From Candidatus Bathyarchaeia archaeon (GTDB taxonomy: Archaea; Thermoproteota; Bathyarchaeia; Bathyarchaeales; Bathycorpusculaceae): a DNA stretch of 64,000 bases. Positions 1 through 8,566 of this stretch are shown here, piece by piece; the stretch's first letter is position 1, and each line of letters starts with the position of its first letter. A model generated the notes under the pieces. That model was not told the DNA's origin, searched no databases, and saw nothing but the letters and a program-made list of their open reading frames with translations. The stretch spans positions 32,001 through 96,000 of the forward strand of contig JBEKHN010000001.1 of NCBI GenBank assembly GCA_050012255.1, in the 5' to 3' direction. Both the position numbers and the translations under genes were made by a program.

Positions 1-349
1 CTGTAGCTTCGATCGAGATGGCGTAGGCAACTGCAACAGAGAGGAATATTGCATTTCTGAAGGGAACTATTATTGGTTGAGTGAAGGTTGGGGTCAGCTC
101 GATATTTTTGTCGCAGAGTGCAGTTACTCCAGTAAATATATCTTTCAAACAGCTTATATCGATGATCTTGATTGGGATGTCGAGCCTCTCAGCGATGAGA
201 TTTGCATATTTGGCTTCTTTTTCTGCTATCTGACCGTATTTGAACGTCAAAGCATGAACTTTGTAGCCTTGCTTTTTTGCCCAATATGCAACGACTGCGG
301 AATCTGGTCCTCCACTTAGTACAACAATGCACTTGTTTGCCTTAGTCAA
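1..349 (-). CDS. queC: 7-cyano-7-deazaguanine (preQ0) synthase QueC, truncated by window edge
   Basis: Not in the ORF track. Manual translation from TTG at 349 gives (M)TKANKCIVVLSGGPDSAVVAYWAKKQGYKVHALTFKYGQ...IIVPFRNAIFLSVA, with SGGxDS PP-loop, F-x-YGQ and VPxRN motifs; directly downstream of queT. Confidence 0.9.
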   Translation of the reverse strand, partial: MTKANKCIVVLSGGPDSAVVAYWAKKQGYKVHALTFKYGQIAEKEAKYANLIAERLDIPIKIIDISCLKDIFTGVTALCDKNIELTPTFTQPIIVPFRNAIFLSVAVAYAISIEAT

Positions 350-352
350 AGC

Positions 353-832
353 TTACTCCCACCATTTGAACCTTAACTCAATCATTTTGAAGACAAATGC
401 ACCCATCAAGCATACCAATTGTTCACTTATCAGAAGGTAAGGAAACGTTGCCATCCAGGGTAGATCGAAAAGCTGGTTTAGCATCCAACTGACGCCTACG
501 GGTACTATCACTGCGATGATTGCGCCTTCGATGAAGTAGTTTTTGCTGAATCTTTTGGCGACGACAAAGCCTATGATTCCCGCAGCTAGACTTACTAGTG
601 GCATGAAGACGAGTTCATATGGTCCAGAAAACGGACTGAAGAGATTCCCCACGACTACTCCAAATGCATAGCCTATGCTCAGGATCCATTTCTTGGCAAT
701 CGCCGGTCTTAGCACACCCGCAACCCTGAATTGCAACGCGTAAAAAGACAATGGAGCAAAGAAATAGACCAATACTGCGTATAAAGATGCAAAGACGCTT
801 GCCAACGCTACGTCCTTAGTCTTTATTCTCAA
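353..832 (-). CDS. queT: QueT-family queuosine/archaeosine precursor transporter (ECF S-component-like)
   Basis: Hydrophobic 159 aa; ASLYAVL...APLSFYALQFRVA...GVVVGNLFSPF pattern typical of QueT; GGAGGT SD before TTG; upstream of queC. Confidence 0.8.
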   Translation of the reverse strand: MRIKTKDVALASVFASLYAVLVYFFAPLSFYALQFRVAGVLRPAIAKKWILSIGYAFGVVVGNLFSPFSGPYELVFMPLVSLAAGIIGFVVAKRFSKNYFIEGAIIAVIVPVGVSWMLNQLFDLPWMATFPYLLISEQLVCLMGAFVFKMIELRFKWWE

Positions 833-897
833 TTTTCAACCTCCTACACCGGGGTTTATGTTGGCGGAACGGGTGGAGGCCCACTCACCCGCCATTC
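833..897 (-). promoter_or_regulatory. Structured 5' leader of queT-queC (candidate preQ0/preQ1 riboswitch)
   Basis: UGGCGG/CCGCCA stem, A-rich tail AACAUAAAC, anti-SD CCUCC versus SD GGAGG; TATA-like TTTTAAG at about 921-927. Confidence 0.5.
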
Positions 898-1216
898 TGC
901 TTCGCATATTCGAGATTACTCTTAAAAGCCTTTGGGGCGCGGGCTAACCCTGTTGAGACTTTGCCCTCCGATCTACTCAAGGCATTTTGCCAACAGTCAG
1001 AGCTTGCTTGGCCACAACACTGAATAGCATTAGGCTGAACGATCCTACGGAGCAGGACCCTTCAACGTTGACATAGCATGGCATCGTTTGTCCAATCTGC
1101 CATGTCTTGGATATATCGCGCATTATTTTTCTTGGTAGTCGTGTGCACTGGAACGTGATAGGAGAAAACTTAAATCTGTCCCATAATTGTGTTCATTATC
1201 CTATTGTCGTGATGAT

Positions 1217-2125
1217 ATGAGAGTAACGAAAGAGATCATCGAAGAGAAAGGAACTGATAGGTTGAAGAGAGGATTCGCCAAGATGTGCAAGGGTGGAGTG
1301 ATAATGGACGTCGTAAACGGAGAACAGGCAAAGATTGCCGAAGACGCTGGAGCTGTCTCTGTTATGGCTTTGGAGGCAGTGCCCGCAGACATACGCGCCA
1401 AGGGCGGAGTGGCAAGGATGGCTGACCCGCAGAAAATCAAAGAAATAATAAATGCTGTCACGATTCCTGTTATGGCCAAGTGTAGGATAGGTCATTTTGC
1501 AGAAGCGCAGGTAATCGAAGCTCTAGGAGTGGATATGGCTGACGAGAGTGAAGTGTTAACTCCTGCAGATGAAGAAGATCATATCGACAAGAGAAAGTTT
1601 ACAATTCCGTTTGTTTGTGGGGCAAGAAACTTGGGTGAAGCCCTAAGAAGAATAAACGAGGGTGCGGCGATGATAAGGACGAAAGGTGAACCCGGGACTG
1701 GAAATGTGGTTGAAGCTGTGAGGCACATGAAACTTGTGAATCGAGAGATAGCTGAATTGGGAAAGATGGCAGAGCCACGACTGAAGGAAAAAGCGGAGGA
1801 GTATCGTGTGCCGTTGAAACTGGTTATAGAAACGAGGGATTTAGGAAGGTTGCCCGTAGTGAATTTCGCTGCAGGAGGCATTTCAACTCCGTCCGATGCA
1901 GCTTTGATGATGCGATTGGGCGCAGACGGCATATTTGTCGGTTCAGGAGTGTTCAAATCTAAGAATCCAAGAGCGTATGCTAAGGCAATCGTTGAAGCTA
2001 CTATGCATTATGACGATCCGAAGACTCTGGCAAGAGTTTCTGAAGGCTTAGGTGAACCGATGGAAGGAATCGACACTTCAAGAATGGATGAAAAACAGAA
2101 AATGCAGACACGGGGAACCAATTGA
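1217..2125 (+). CDS. pdxS: Pyridoxal 5'-phosphate synthase lyase subunit
   Basis: [39 protein letters not shown] and FAAGGISTP motifs. Confidence 0.97.
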   Translation: MRVTKEIIEEKGTDRLKRGFAKMCKGGVIMDVVNGEQAKIAEDAGAVSVMALEAVPADIRAKGGVARMADPQKIKEIINAVTIPVMAKCRIGHFAEAQVIEALGVDMADESEVLTPADEEDHIDKRKFTIPFVCGARNLGEALRRINEGAAMIRTKGEPGTGNVVEAVRHMKLVNREIAELGKMAEPRLKEKAEEYRVPLKLVIETRDLGRLPVVNFAAGGISTPSDAALMMRLGADGIFVGSGVFKSKNPRAYAKAIVEATMHYDDPKTLARVSEGLGEPMEGIDTSRMDEKQKMQTRGTN

Positions 2126-2721
2126 AGATTGGAGTCATAGCCGTACAAGGCACTATTTCTGAACACGTTGAAGCCCTAAGAAAAGCGATGGAAAAATCAA
2201 AAATCGACGGTAGTGTTGTGTACGTAAGAAGCCTGAAAGATCTTAATGATGTTTCAGGTATTGTTGTGCCAGGCGGTGAATCAACAACAATAAGCAAACT
2301 CATACTGAGCGCAGGAATGCACGAAAAAATAGCTGAACTCGCAAGAAAAGGAGCGCCAATCCTTGGAACCTGCGCTGGTACAATTCTGTTAGCTAAGGAA
2401 GGCGATGAAGAGGTCAGGAAGACCTGTACAAAATTGCTGGGTTTGTTAGACATGAAAGTCCTCAGAAATGCTTATGGCAGACAGGTAGACTCCTTCGAGG
2501 CTGATGTAAACATACCTGAGATTGGAGACAAACCTTTCAGGGCAGTGTTCATCCGTGCGCCAACGATAGAAAGAGTTTGGAACGGCACCAGAGTGTGGGC
2601 TGAACATAAAGGTACGATTATAGGAACAAAAAAGGAAAACATCTTGGCTTTGACTTTTCATCCCGAGCTAAGTGATGATCTAAGAATTCACGAATACTTT
2701 CTTACAATGACGACAGGATAG
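2122..2721 (+). CDS. pdxT: PLP synthase glutaminase subunit
   Basis: [28 protein letters not shown] and FHPEL motifs; overlaps the pdxS stop. Confidence 0.97.
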   Translation: MKIGVIAVQGTISEHVEALRKAMEKSKIDGSVVYVRSLKDLNDVSGIVVPGGESTTISKLILSAGMHEKIAELARKGAPILGTCAGTILLAKEGDEEVRKTCTKLLGLLDMKVLRNAYGRQVDSFEADVNIPEIGDKPFRAVFIRAPTIERVWNGTRVWAEHKGTIIGTKKENILALTFHPELSDDLRIHEYFLTMTTG

Positions 2722-2775
2722 CTCGCTGCCTTGTCCCTAAATTATAGGCGGCAAGATCTACAGGCTTCTTTTAAT

Positions 2776-3114
2776 TTAACGGTTTTTGAGGTTCAAAACG
2801 TTCCGCAAGGCCAAAAGAATTGGAACACCGACGACGAGGGTGATTAACACGACAAGGGCATCTTCAATGAAAGAGTCAACCCCACTGCCCACAAACCCAA
2901 CTGCGGTAGCTGCCGGAGATAAGCCCAGAACACTGCTGTACAGCCCAGCTGGTATGAACAGGAAAACTCGAGTTAGACCGTCTGTAGCGACTGTTATGAA
3001 CGACACTATGACTAGGGATACGGGAAGAAGCTTCACTTTCTCATTGAACAAGTTTTTGCTCAACTTGGCAGCAGGATATACCAAGCAAACGGCAACGATG
3101 GTGTCGAGCATCAC
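2776..3114 (-). pseudogene. Probable C-terminal remnant of a membrane (transporter-like) protein
   Basis: Three hydrophobic helices; ORF starts mid-helix and abuts another fragment. Confidence 0.35.
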
Positions 3115-3248
3115 TTCGGAAGCAAAGAGTCTCCAGTTCCAACTAAATCGAGGCCTTTGAGTTTTGTGAATTTGGCAAGGTTTTCCAACGTCAGGTCCTT
3201 TGATGCCCCAGGATAACAGGAGAAGTGTATATGCAGATCAACGTACAT
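3111..3248 (-). pseudogene. N-terminal remnant of a PHP-domain (EndoQ/TIGR00375-like) protein
   Basis: MYVDLHIH...ASKDLTLENLAKFTKLKGLDLVGTGD matches the EndoQ-like N-terminus but stops after about 45 aa. Confidence 0.6.
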
Positions 3249-3536
3249 GTTCTCTAATACATTCTCGCACTTATTCGTATAAATATTATATTGATTTGCA
3301 TGTGTGGAGTCCTCGTAGGTAATCAAGCAAGATGAAAGGTGACATCGAGGCAATTCTGAAAACTTCAGATATATCCGGAAGACAACACACAATCATCTGA
3401 GTTTTCCCACCGTCCAGCGCGGAAGCGGTTCAAACCCCAGAGTAAAATCAAGGGAAATTAAAGAAACAAACTCGTAGATTTTCAGTTAGAATTCTAAAAT
3501 AGTCGCAGACTAGGCCTTATTTAAGAATTGGGGATG

Positions 3537-3638
3537 TGCCGAGGGCCGGGTTTGAACCGGCGACAACTCGGTCTTCAGCTTCGCCCTCGCTGTTTAAGCT
3601 AGCGAGACGAGCGCTCTCCCAGGCTGAGCTACCTCGGC
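3537..3638 (-). tRNA. tRNA-Phe(GAA) with a 28-nt intron at 30/31 (3580-3607)
   Basis: GCCGAGG/CCUCGGC acceptor; GGUUCAAAC T-loop; spliced anticodon arm CUCGG-CUGAAGA-CCGAG; full BHB (CGCU/GGCG central helix, bulges CG|U and AA|G). Confidence 0.93.
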
Positions 3639-3875
3639 ACTGACAACCAAAAAGTGGCAGGGTGTGTTTTTAAGTTTTCTGAGCGTTATGCTGGAAATTG
3701 GGGCGCAAGCACGATTTCAGCTTATGGGAGATTAAGCCAAAAGGAGAAGAGAGAATGGATAAATCTCCAGGCTTGCACCCCGACTTCAATGCGTATGGCA
3801 CCCCCAAAAAAGCTTTGTGGAACAAAGTTTCACAACCAATCAGACTGGAAGCTTAACTCGCGACGCCGACGACGG

Positions 3876-3995
3876 TCAGAGCAGATGAACTACAACATAG
3901 CCAACAAAAGCAGATGCTAAGAAAAGCACGACCATCAAGACCTCATCGATCTGCTTTTCCTCTTTGAAACGGCCATCATCCTTGGTACCGCGCAA
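3876..3995 (-). CDS. Putative 39-aa single-TM microprotein
   Basis: Manual ORF (M)RGTKDDGRFKEEKQIDEVLMVVLFLASAFVGYVVVHLL: charged N-terminus plus C-terminal hydrophobic helix. Confidence 0.35.
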   Translation of the reverse strand: MRGTKDDGRFKEEKQIDEVLMVVLFLASAFVGYVVVHLL

Positions 3996-4102
3996 CTTGG
4001 CTCATCTCTACTCTTTCTTGGACCTCCTTTACGGGAAAGGCTTTATGAAGCTGAAACAAGTATTCCAAATCTTAGGCGAGGAAAAACAAGTTTGGACAAA
4101 TA

Positions 4103-4206
4103 GGGCTCGTAGTCTAGTTTGGTAGGACGTCGCCCTCACAAGGCAGACTCGCGCGCGCCTGAGGAGGCGGCGAAGATCCCCGGTTCGAGTCCGGGCGGGC
4201 CCACCA
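4103..4206 (+). tRNA. tRNA-Val(CAC) with a 27-nt intron, best placed at 36/37 (4140-4166); CCA encoded
   Basis: GGGCUCG/CGGGCCC-ACCA acceptor; GGUUCGAGU T-loop; UCGCC/GGCGA anticodon stem; BHB central helix CCUC/GAGG and inner helix AGGC/GCCU. Confidence 0.9.
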
Positions 4207-4602
4207 TCCATGATTATGATTATCAATCTTTTCTTGAGTAGGTTCGATGTTTCCGTTGAAGGCAAACATGTTGGGTCGTATAACAACTTTGGATGAGGAG
4301 AATGGTAGTGGGGAGAAAGGAGACGAGGAAGAAGCAGCCATTCTCCTCAAGGCATACGCCTTCATAATATGTCTTTTCACGTCCAATTCTTAAGCTTGTC
4401 GTTTAATTCGCCTCTGGCCGCATGGTTTTGTCATGCGAAAATAGCTTGTCAATAGTTGACTCAGATGAAACTCTTGCGAGGAGAAAAGGGTATACCGGAG
4501 TGTACAATTCGAAGAATAGCCGAGCCTTCCAAGTGTCTTTTCGTTCAACATGTATCCGAAAAGGTTTATTAAATATTAACATGTCAGATATGGACTTAAG
4601 CT

Positions 4603-4986
4603 GTGATGACGATGCAAACAGATATGAGCTCTGGGAAACTGGAGCATGATTGTCCAAAGACGATTAGCCATACTGGCCTCACGTGTGACAAGTGCGGCAA
4701 AGCGTTGCAAAAACCAATTCTGGCAAGGGTGTTAACAGGCGTTAGCGTACAGACGTACCCTGCATGTCCACATTGCATGACAAGAATACGCGGCACCGAA
4801 GCCTTGAAAGAGGAAGACAGAAAACCCGAGGTTCTACGGAAAGGATCGAGCGAACTCGGTGGTCAGCCAGTGAGCGACTTCACGTGCGGACACTTCTTCG
4901 GGTATCTGAACAAACGCCAGAAGGGAACTCCGATTCCGGAACCTTGCTTGGTCTGCACAAAGATGGTTGAATGTTTGTGCGGGTAG
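4603..4986 (+). CDS. Small Cys-rich zinc-finger protein
   Basis: CDKC, CPHC, CGHFFGYL and C-terminal CLVC...C motifs. Confidence 0.7.
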   Translation: MMTMQTDMSSGKLEHDCPKTISHTGLTCDKCGKALQKPILARVLTGVSVQTYPACPHCMTRIRGTEALKEEDRKPEVLRKGSSELGGQPVSDFTCGHFFGYLNKRQKGTPIPEPCLVCTKMVECLCG

Positions 4987-5061
4987 GAAAACTGACCGAC
5001 TCGCGGGTTTGTTAAAGGATAAATATTCTGCCGAGCCATATTCAGTATCGGTTGTCAGCAC

Positions 5062-5784
5062 TTGTTTCCGATCAAAGACTTGAATCGAACTCCAGTGACG
5101 CCGCACATCAATCGCTTGTTGCTGACTATTAATATCCTCATCTTTGCGGTCTATGCGCTGTCAAGCCAGGGAGTCTTCTTTCAAAGCAGCTTGGCAGGGT
5201 ATTTTGAAACGCACTTCGTCATGGTTCCAAACGACATCCTCCATGGAACGATGCTCTACACCTTGCTGACGTCAATGTTCATGCATGCAACGTTGCTTCA
5301 CCTGCTCGGGAACATGCTCTTCCTCTACGTGTTCGGCGACAACATCGAAGCCGTTTTCGGCCACGCTGGCTACCTAGTCTTCTATCTCGCAGCCGGGTTG
5401 GCCGCGGCCCTCGCCTACATTGCCGCGAATGTGTATGCTCCTGCGATAAGCAACATTTTCGGTGTCACAATCCCTTCGGATTTGACGGTAGGCGTCCTCG
5501 GAGCCTCTGGGGCGATTTCAGGAGTACTAGGCGCTTACCTAGTGCTCTTTCCCAAAGCTAAGATTCTCACGATTTTCTTCTACGTCATAATACCTTTGCC
5601 AGCGGTCTTGTTTCTGGGCTTCTGGTTTGGTATGCAATGGCTCCTAGGATTCTATGACGTGGCAAGCGGAGTCGCTTACTTTGCCCACATAGGCGGCTTC
5701 ATCGCAGGAATGATTCTCGCTCTGGTTTTCGGACTGAAAAGGAAAAAGGCGCTCAAAACACGACTACACTCGCAAGCCGTGTGA
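5062..5784 (+). CDS. Rhomboid intramembrane serine protease
   Basis: TSMFMH...HLLGNM, GASGAISG and AHIGGF motifs. Confidence 0.95.
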   Translation: MFPIKDLNRTPVTPHINRLLLTINILIFAVYALSSQGVFFQSSLAGYFETHFVMVPNDILHGTMLYTLLTSMFMHATLLHLLGNMLFLYVFGDNIEAVFGHAGYLVFYLAAGLAAALAYIAANVYAPAISNIFGVTIPSDLTVGVLGASGAISGVLGAYLVLFPKAKILTIFFYVIIPLPAVLFLGFWFGMQWLLGFYDVASGVAYFAHIGGFIAGMILALVFGLKRKKALKTRLHSQAV

Positions 5785-5789
5785 GTGTT

Positions 5790-5852
5790 GGGGTCTGTCC
5801 GTCATAAGCTCTTCATCTCGACAATCAGACTGGGACGGCGACATCATCCCCC
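5790..5852 (-). ncRNA. Box C/D guide sRNA (predicted to guide 23S Gm2251)
   Basis: GGGG-G-AUGAUGU-[12 nt]-CUGA-8 nt-AUGAAGA-[12 nt]-CAGA-CCCC; the D' guide is antisense to the 23S P-loop ACUGGGGCGGC. Confidence 0.8.
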
Positions 5853-5994
5853 AGTTCAAGCATGTGTAACCAAATAATAGGGTTTTTGGCTGTGACAGCC
5901 GGTGTCAAGCGAACCTGATTAAACATCATGCATTAGAGAAAGACTTGGCAAAGGAAAGAACAAGCTGAGTCTGGTCGCCTATTTCCGCATTGAT

Positions 5995-6336
5995 CTACGG
6001 CAAACGTTTCAAGGGCGGTTGTTTTAGACTCTTGTTAAGGGCCTTTATTGTGCCTGAAACTGTCGAGATTTGCACGGCTGCAGGCATGTCCCTAATCCGC
6101 GTTATTGAAGCTATTGCGGTTCGAACCATATCGACCGTTGTGTGCCCGGTGCGCAGGACGACACTCTTGTTTTTTTCGTCAAAGTTGATTAGACTCAGGC
6201 TCGTTTGACTTGCGCCGTATTCGCCGTAAAGCCTAGAGATGGCTTCCCAGACGGCGTCCATAAACTCCTTCGAACTGAGTGTCCCGCAGGAATCTATCTC
6301 CAAGGCTAGGTAACGTCTCTTCACTTTTTTCAGCAA
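5995..6336 (-). CDS. rnp2: Ribonuclease P protein Pop5/Rpp14
   Basis: KRRYLALEI...LYGEYG...VSGTIKAL; follows Rpp30. Confidence 0.9.
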   Translation of the reverse strand: MLKKVKRRYLALEIDSCGTLSSKEFMDAVWEAISRLYGEYGASQTSLSLINFDEKNKSVVLRTGHTTVDMVRTAIASITRIRDMPAAVQISTVSGTIKALNKSLKQPPLKRLP

Positions 6337-6338
6337 TC

Positions 6339-7064
6339 CTATCCTCTCCGGATGACCCGTATCCCAGGCGCGATGAATCGCGAGCTTAGCTTTTCCCTGT
6401 TCCTTCTGACGATTGCCATGGGGTTTTTGGAAACCGCTTCCATAGCAACGTCTTTGTCCAAGCCTATCAGAAACGAGAGGGCTGCTAGGTCCAATGGTCT
6501 TCGTATCAGAAGCTCTTCTGAAACCCCACTTGAAAGAACTATTGGAACGTGAAACTCCTTGGCCGTCTGAACTTCCCTCCGCAGGAGGGAAAGAAGCCTC
6601 ACCCTTGCTGCTCCCTCTTGGGTGAGCAACGGTCTTATGTCCACTTCAAGAGAAGCCAAGCATGCTGAAGCCAGTTCAGCTTCAGCCGAATCGAAAAATG
6701 CCCTCCTGAAGTCCGGCTGGGGAAAGTTCAGAAGGTCGACGCGTCGGTCTTTCGCCGCTTGCCTCGCAACAGCCTTCGACTCACACATGACGGCAACTAG
6801 CTCGAACCTTCGTCTTAACTTCCTCACGTCCTTCAGCAACTCTTCGGGTGTGTGGGGCTTCAGGTCGACGCGGGATGCAAATCCTATGGCTACTTCTTCA
6901 CAGACTCTCTGCACTTGCTGAAGCTGGTGTTCAGGAGTCCATGGTGAAAGGGGTACGGCCACTAGGCGGTATCCAAGAGTCGAAGCCTTGCTTATCAAAC
7001 GTGAAACGTGTGACGAATCGCTGATGTTTGCACGCAAGTGCAGGTCAGCGTAGGCTCTTTTCAT
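6339..7064 (-). CDS. rnp3: Ribonuclease P protein Rpp30
   Basis: YADLHL, RQAAKDRRVDLL, PIVLSSG and SKNP motifs; start trimmed to MKRAY. Confidence 0.9.
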   Translation of the reverse strand: MKRAYADLHLRANISDSSHVSRLISKASTLGYRLVAVPLSPWTPEHQLQQVQRVCEEVAIGFASRVDLKPHTPEELLKDVRKLRRRFELVAVMCESKAVARQAAKDRRVDLLNFPQPDFRRAFFDSAEAELASACLASLEVDIRPLLTQEGAARVRLLSLLRREVQTAKEFHVPIVLSSGVSEELLIRRPLDLAALSFLIGLDKDVAMEAVSKNPMAIVRRNREKLSSRFIAPGIRVIRRG

Positions 7065-7528
7065 GGTAGCAACCCGGATTTTCTGCAGACGGCAACGACT
7101 TCTTCTGCACTGTGCTTCTTGAAGTGTATTCGCAGATGAATAGGGTCTGTTGAACTTAGCTTGAGTTCGTTGAGGTAGGCAGACTGCTTGTCCAATCGCA
7201 CGTAAAGGTTTCCTTTGTCCAGATGCTGGTCGACCTCGCTTGCCAAGATTTCTTTGTCCAAAACGCTTAAGCCCGAACACAACTTCTCGAAGGCGGCTTG
7301 AACTAGCTTCTTCTCCTTGATTTTTGTTTCATAAAGAATTATGGGGTTACCGTGATGACCAGTCAAGTTGGCCTTCTTGAAGGTTACAGTGTCGATTGAT
7401 TCTCTGGGCAATGTATTGCGTGTTGCGGTCAGAACTCTCTCCTGGTCCTCGGTTGCATGAGCAAAGACCCTTATGTCAATGTAGCCGACTTGAACCTTAG
7501 ATGACAAGACCGCATCACTAGTCGTCAT
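7061..7528 (-). CDS. Exosome-operon RNA-binding protein (DUF54-like)
   Basis: FAHATED, GHHGNPI and LYVRLDKQ motifs. Confidence 0.85.
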   Translation of the reverse strand: MTTSDAVLSSKVQVGYIDIRVFAHATEDQERVLTATRNTLPRESIDTVTFKKANLTGHHGNPIILYETKIKEKKLVQAAFEKLCSGLSVLDKEILASEVDQHLDKGNLYVRLDKQSAYLNELKLSSTDPIHLRIHFKKHSAEEVVAVCRKSGLLP

Positions 7529-7538
7529 TAGCGCGGCC

Positions 7539-7781
7539 CTAACTTTTAGATTTTCTCTTAGGCTTCTTTCTCTTTGCCACGGCTTTCCTTTCTTCCAGAA
7601 AAGTCTTAATGGCCTCGACGTTTTCCTCATGAGCCGTCTTTCTTCTCGGGTCGACTGCAACGTGAAGCTTCACGGCTTCGCTCATGCTGAGGCCTGCCTT
7701 CTTCAGCTCTCCTGAGCTGTAACCTTTCCCCAGGCTTCGCCGTCCACGCTTCTCAGATACTTTGGGTCTCTTGACCATCAT
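7539..7781 (-). CDS. rpl13e: 50S ribosomal protein L13e (short archaeal form)
   Basis: GKGYSSGELKKAGL...VDPRRKT...EENV. Confidence 0.9.
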   Translation of the reverse strand: MMVKRPKVSEKRGRRSLGKGYSSGELKKAGLSMSEAVKLHVAVDPRRKTAHEENVEAIKTFLEERKAVAKRKKPKRKSKS

Positions 7782-7785
7782 CCGG

Positions 7786-8364
7786 CTATTTTCCTCCCGC
7801 GCCAGCTTTCAAGCTTGGTCTAAACTTCTCTGCGCCACGTCCTCTCCTTCGCAGGCTTCTGACCTTCTTGCCTGCGCTAGTTAAGCTTCTGAAAACTCGT
7901 CCGCGGTGCTGTTTCTGGCATATCCAGTTGATGTTCTTGTCGGCTCTTATTGACGGATGTTGCGGGTCAACCATTATCACTTCCCACCATTTTGAAACAC
8001 CGTCTTCACCGACCCAGTAGGAGTTCAAGACCTCGAGGTTCGGAAACTTTCTACCGACCCTTTCTTCAGCGATCAGTCGCATGCTCTTGGACAGCTTGAA
8101 CTTTTCGACACCCATCCTCTTCGGTCTTCTACCAGAGGTCGGCCTCTGCTTTCTGAAGCCTCCTCTCCTGACGCGCACACGAGCCAGCACAAAGCCTTGC
8201 TTGGCCTTGTACCCTAGCTTTCTCGCCCTGTCCAATCGCGTCGGTCTCTCTATACGAGTTATCACTGGTTGCCTGCGCCACTCTATCAACCTGCTGCGCA
8301 TCAGTTCATGCACAAAGGATTTCTCTGGTTTCGACCATGCCTCAGCAATATACTTGTAGGCCAT
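7786..8364 (-). CDS. rpl15e: 50S ribosomal protein L15e
   Basis: [18 protein letters not shown] and [13 protein letters not shown] motifs. Confidence 0.98.
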   Translation of the reverse strand: MAYKYIAEAWSKPEKSFVHELMRSRLIEWRRQPVITRIERPTRLDRARKLGYKAKQGFVLARVRVRRGGFRKQRPTSGRRPKRMGVEKFKLSKSMRLIAEERVGRKFPNLEVLNSYWVGEDGVSKWWEVIMVDPQHPSIRADKNINWICQKQHRGRVFRSLTSAGKKVRSLRRRGRGAEKFRPSLKAGAGGK

Positions 8365-8384
8365 TCAATTCACCTTAGTCTCTG

Positions 8385-8434
8385 GTTTGCGGTTCAGCCT
8401 TCACGGCTACATCCCAGCGGATGTCTGATCCGCC
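8385..8434 (-). promoter_or_regulatory. Structured rpl15e leader (eL15 r-leader-like)
   Basis: GCGG-AUCAG...CUGA-ACCGC outer stem enclosing ACAUCC/GGAUGU and AGCC/GGCU hairpins. Confidence 0.55.
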
Positions 8435-8566
8435 ATTGATTTTGAATCATAGCAATAGGCAACGAAATAAACCTTTCCAGACTTTTCCGTTGGGAACAGC
8501 GACGCGAGTTGAAACCACCATCCGAGCTTTTGCAAGTGTCAGGGGGTGACAGACATGTGCTGTTCC

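Noticed and set aside
77-319. 80-aa plus-strand ORF in the track
   Set aside because: Antisense shadow of queC, which the track missed because it runs off the edge.
3426-3437. CGGTTCAAACCC, identical to the tRNA-Phe T-arm, as a possible att site
   Set aside because: Only 12 bp and inverted relative to the tRNA; att duplications are direct repeats.
4029-4386. Minus-strand ORFs overlapping tRNA-Val
   Set aside because: Translation through the tRNA antisense strand (WARPDSN, GPARTRT are typical artefacts).
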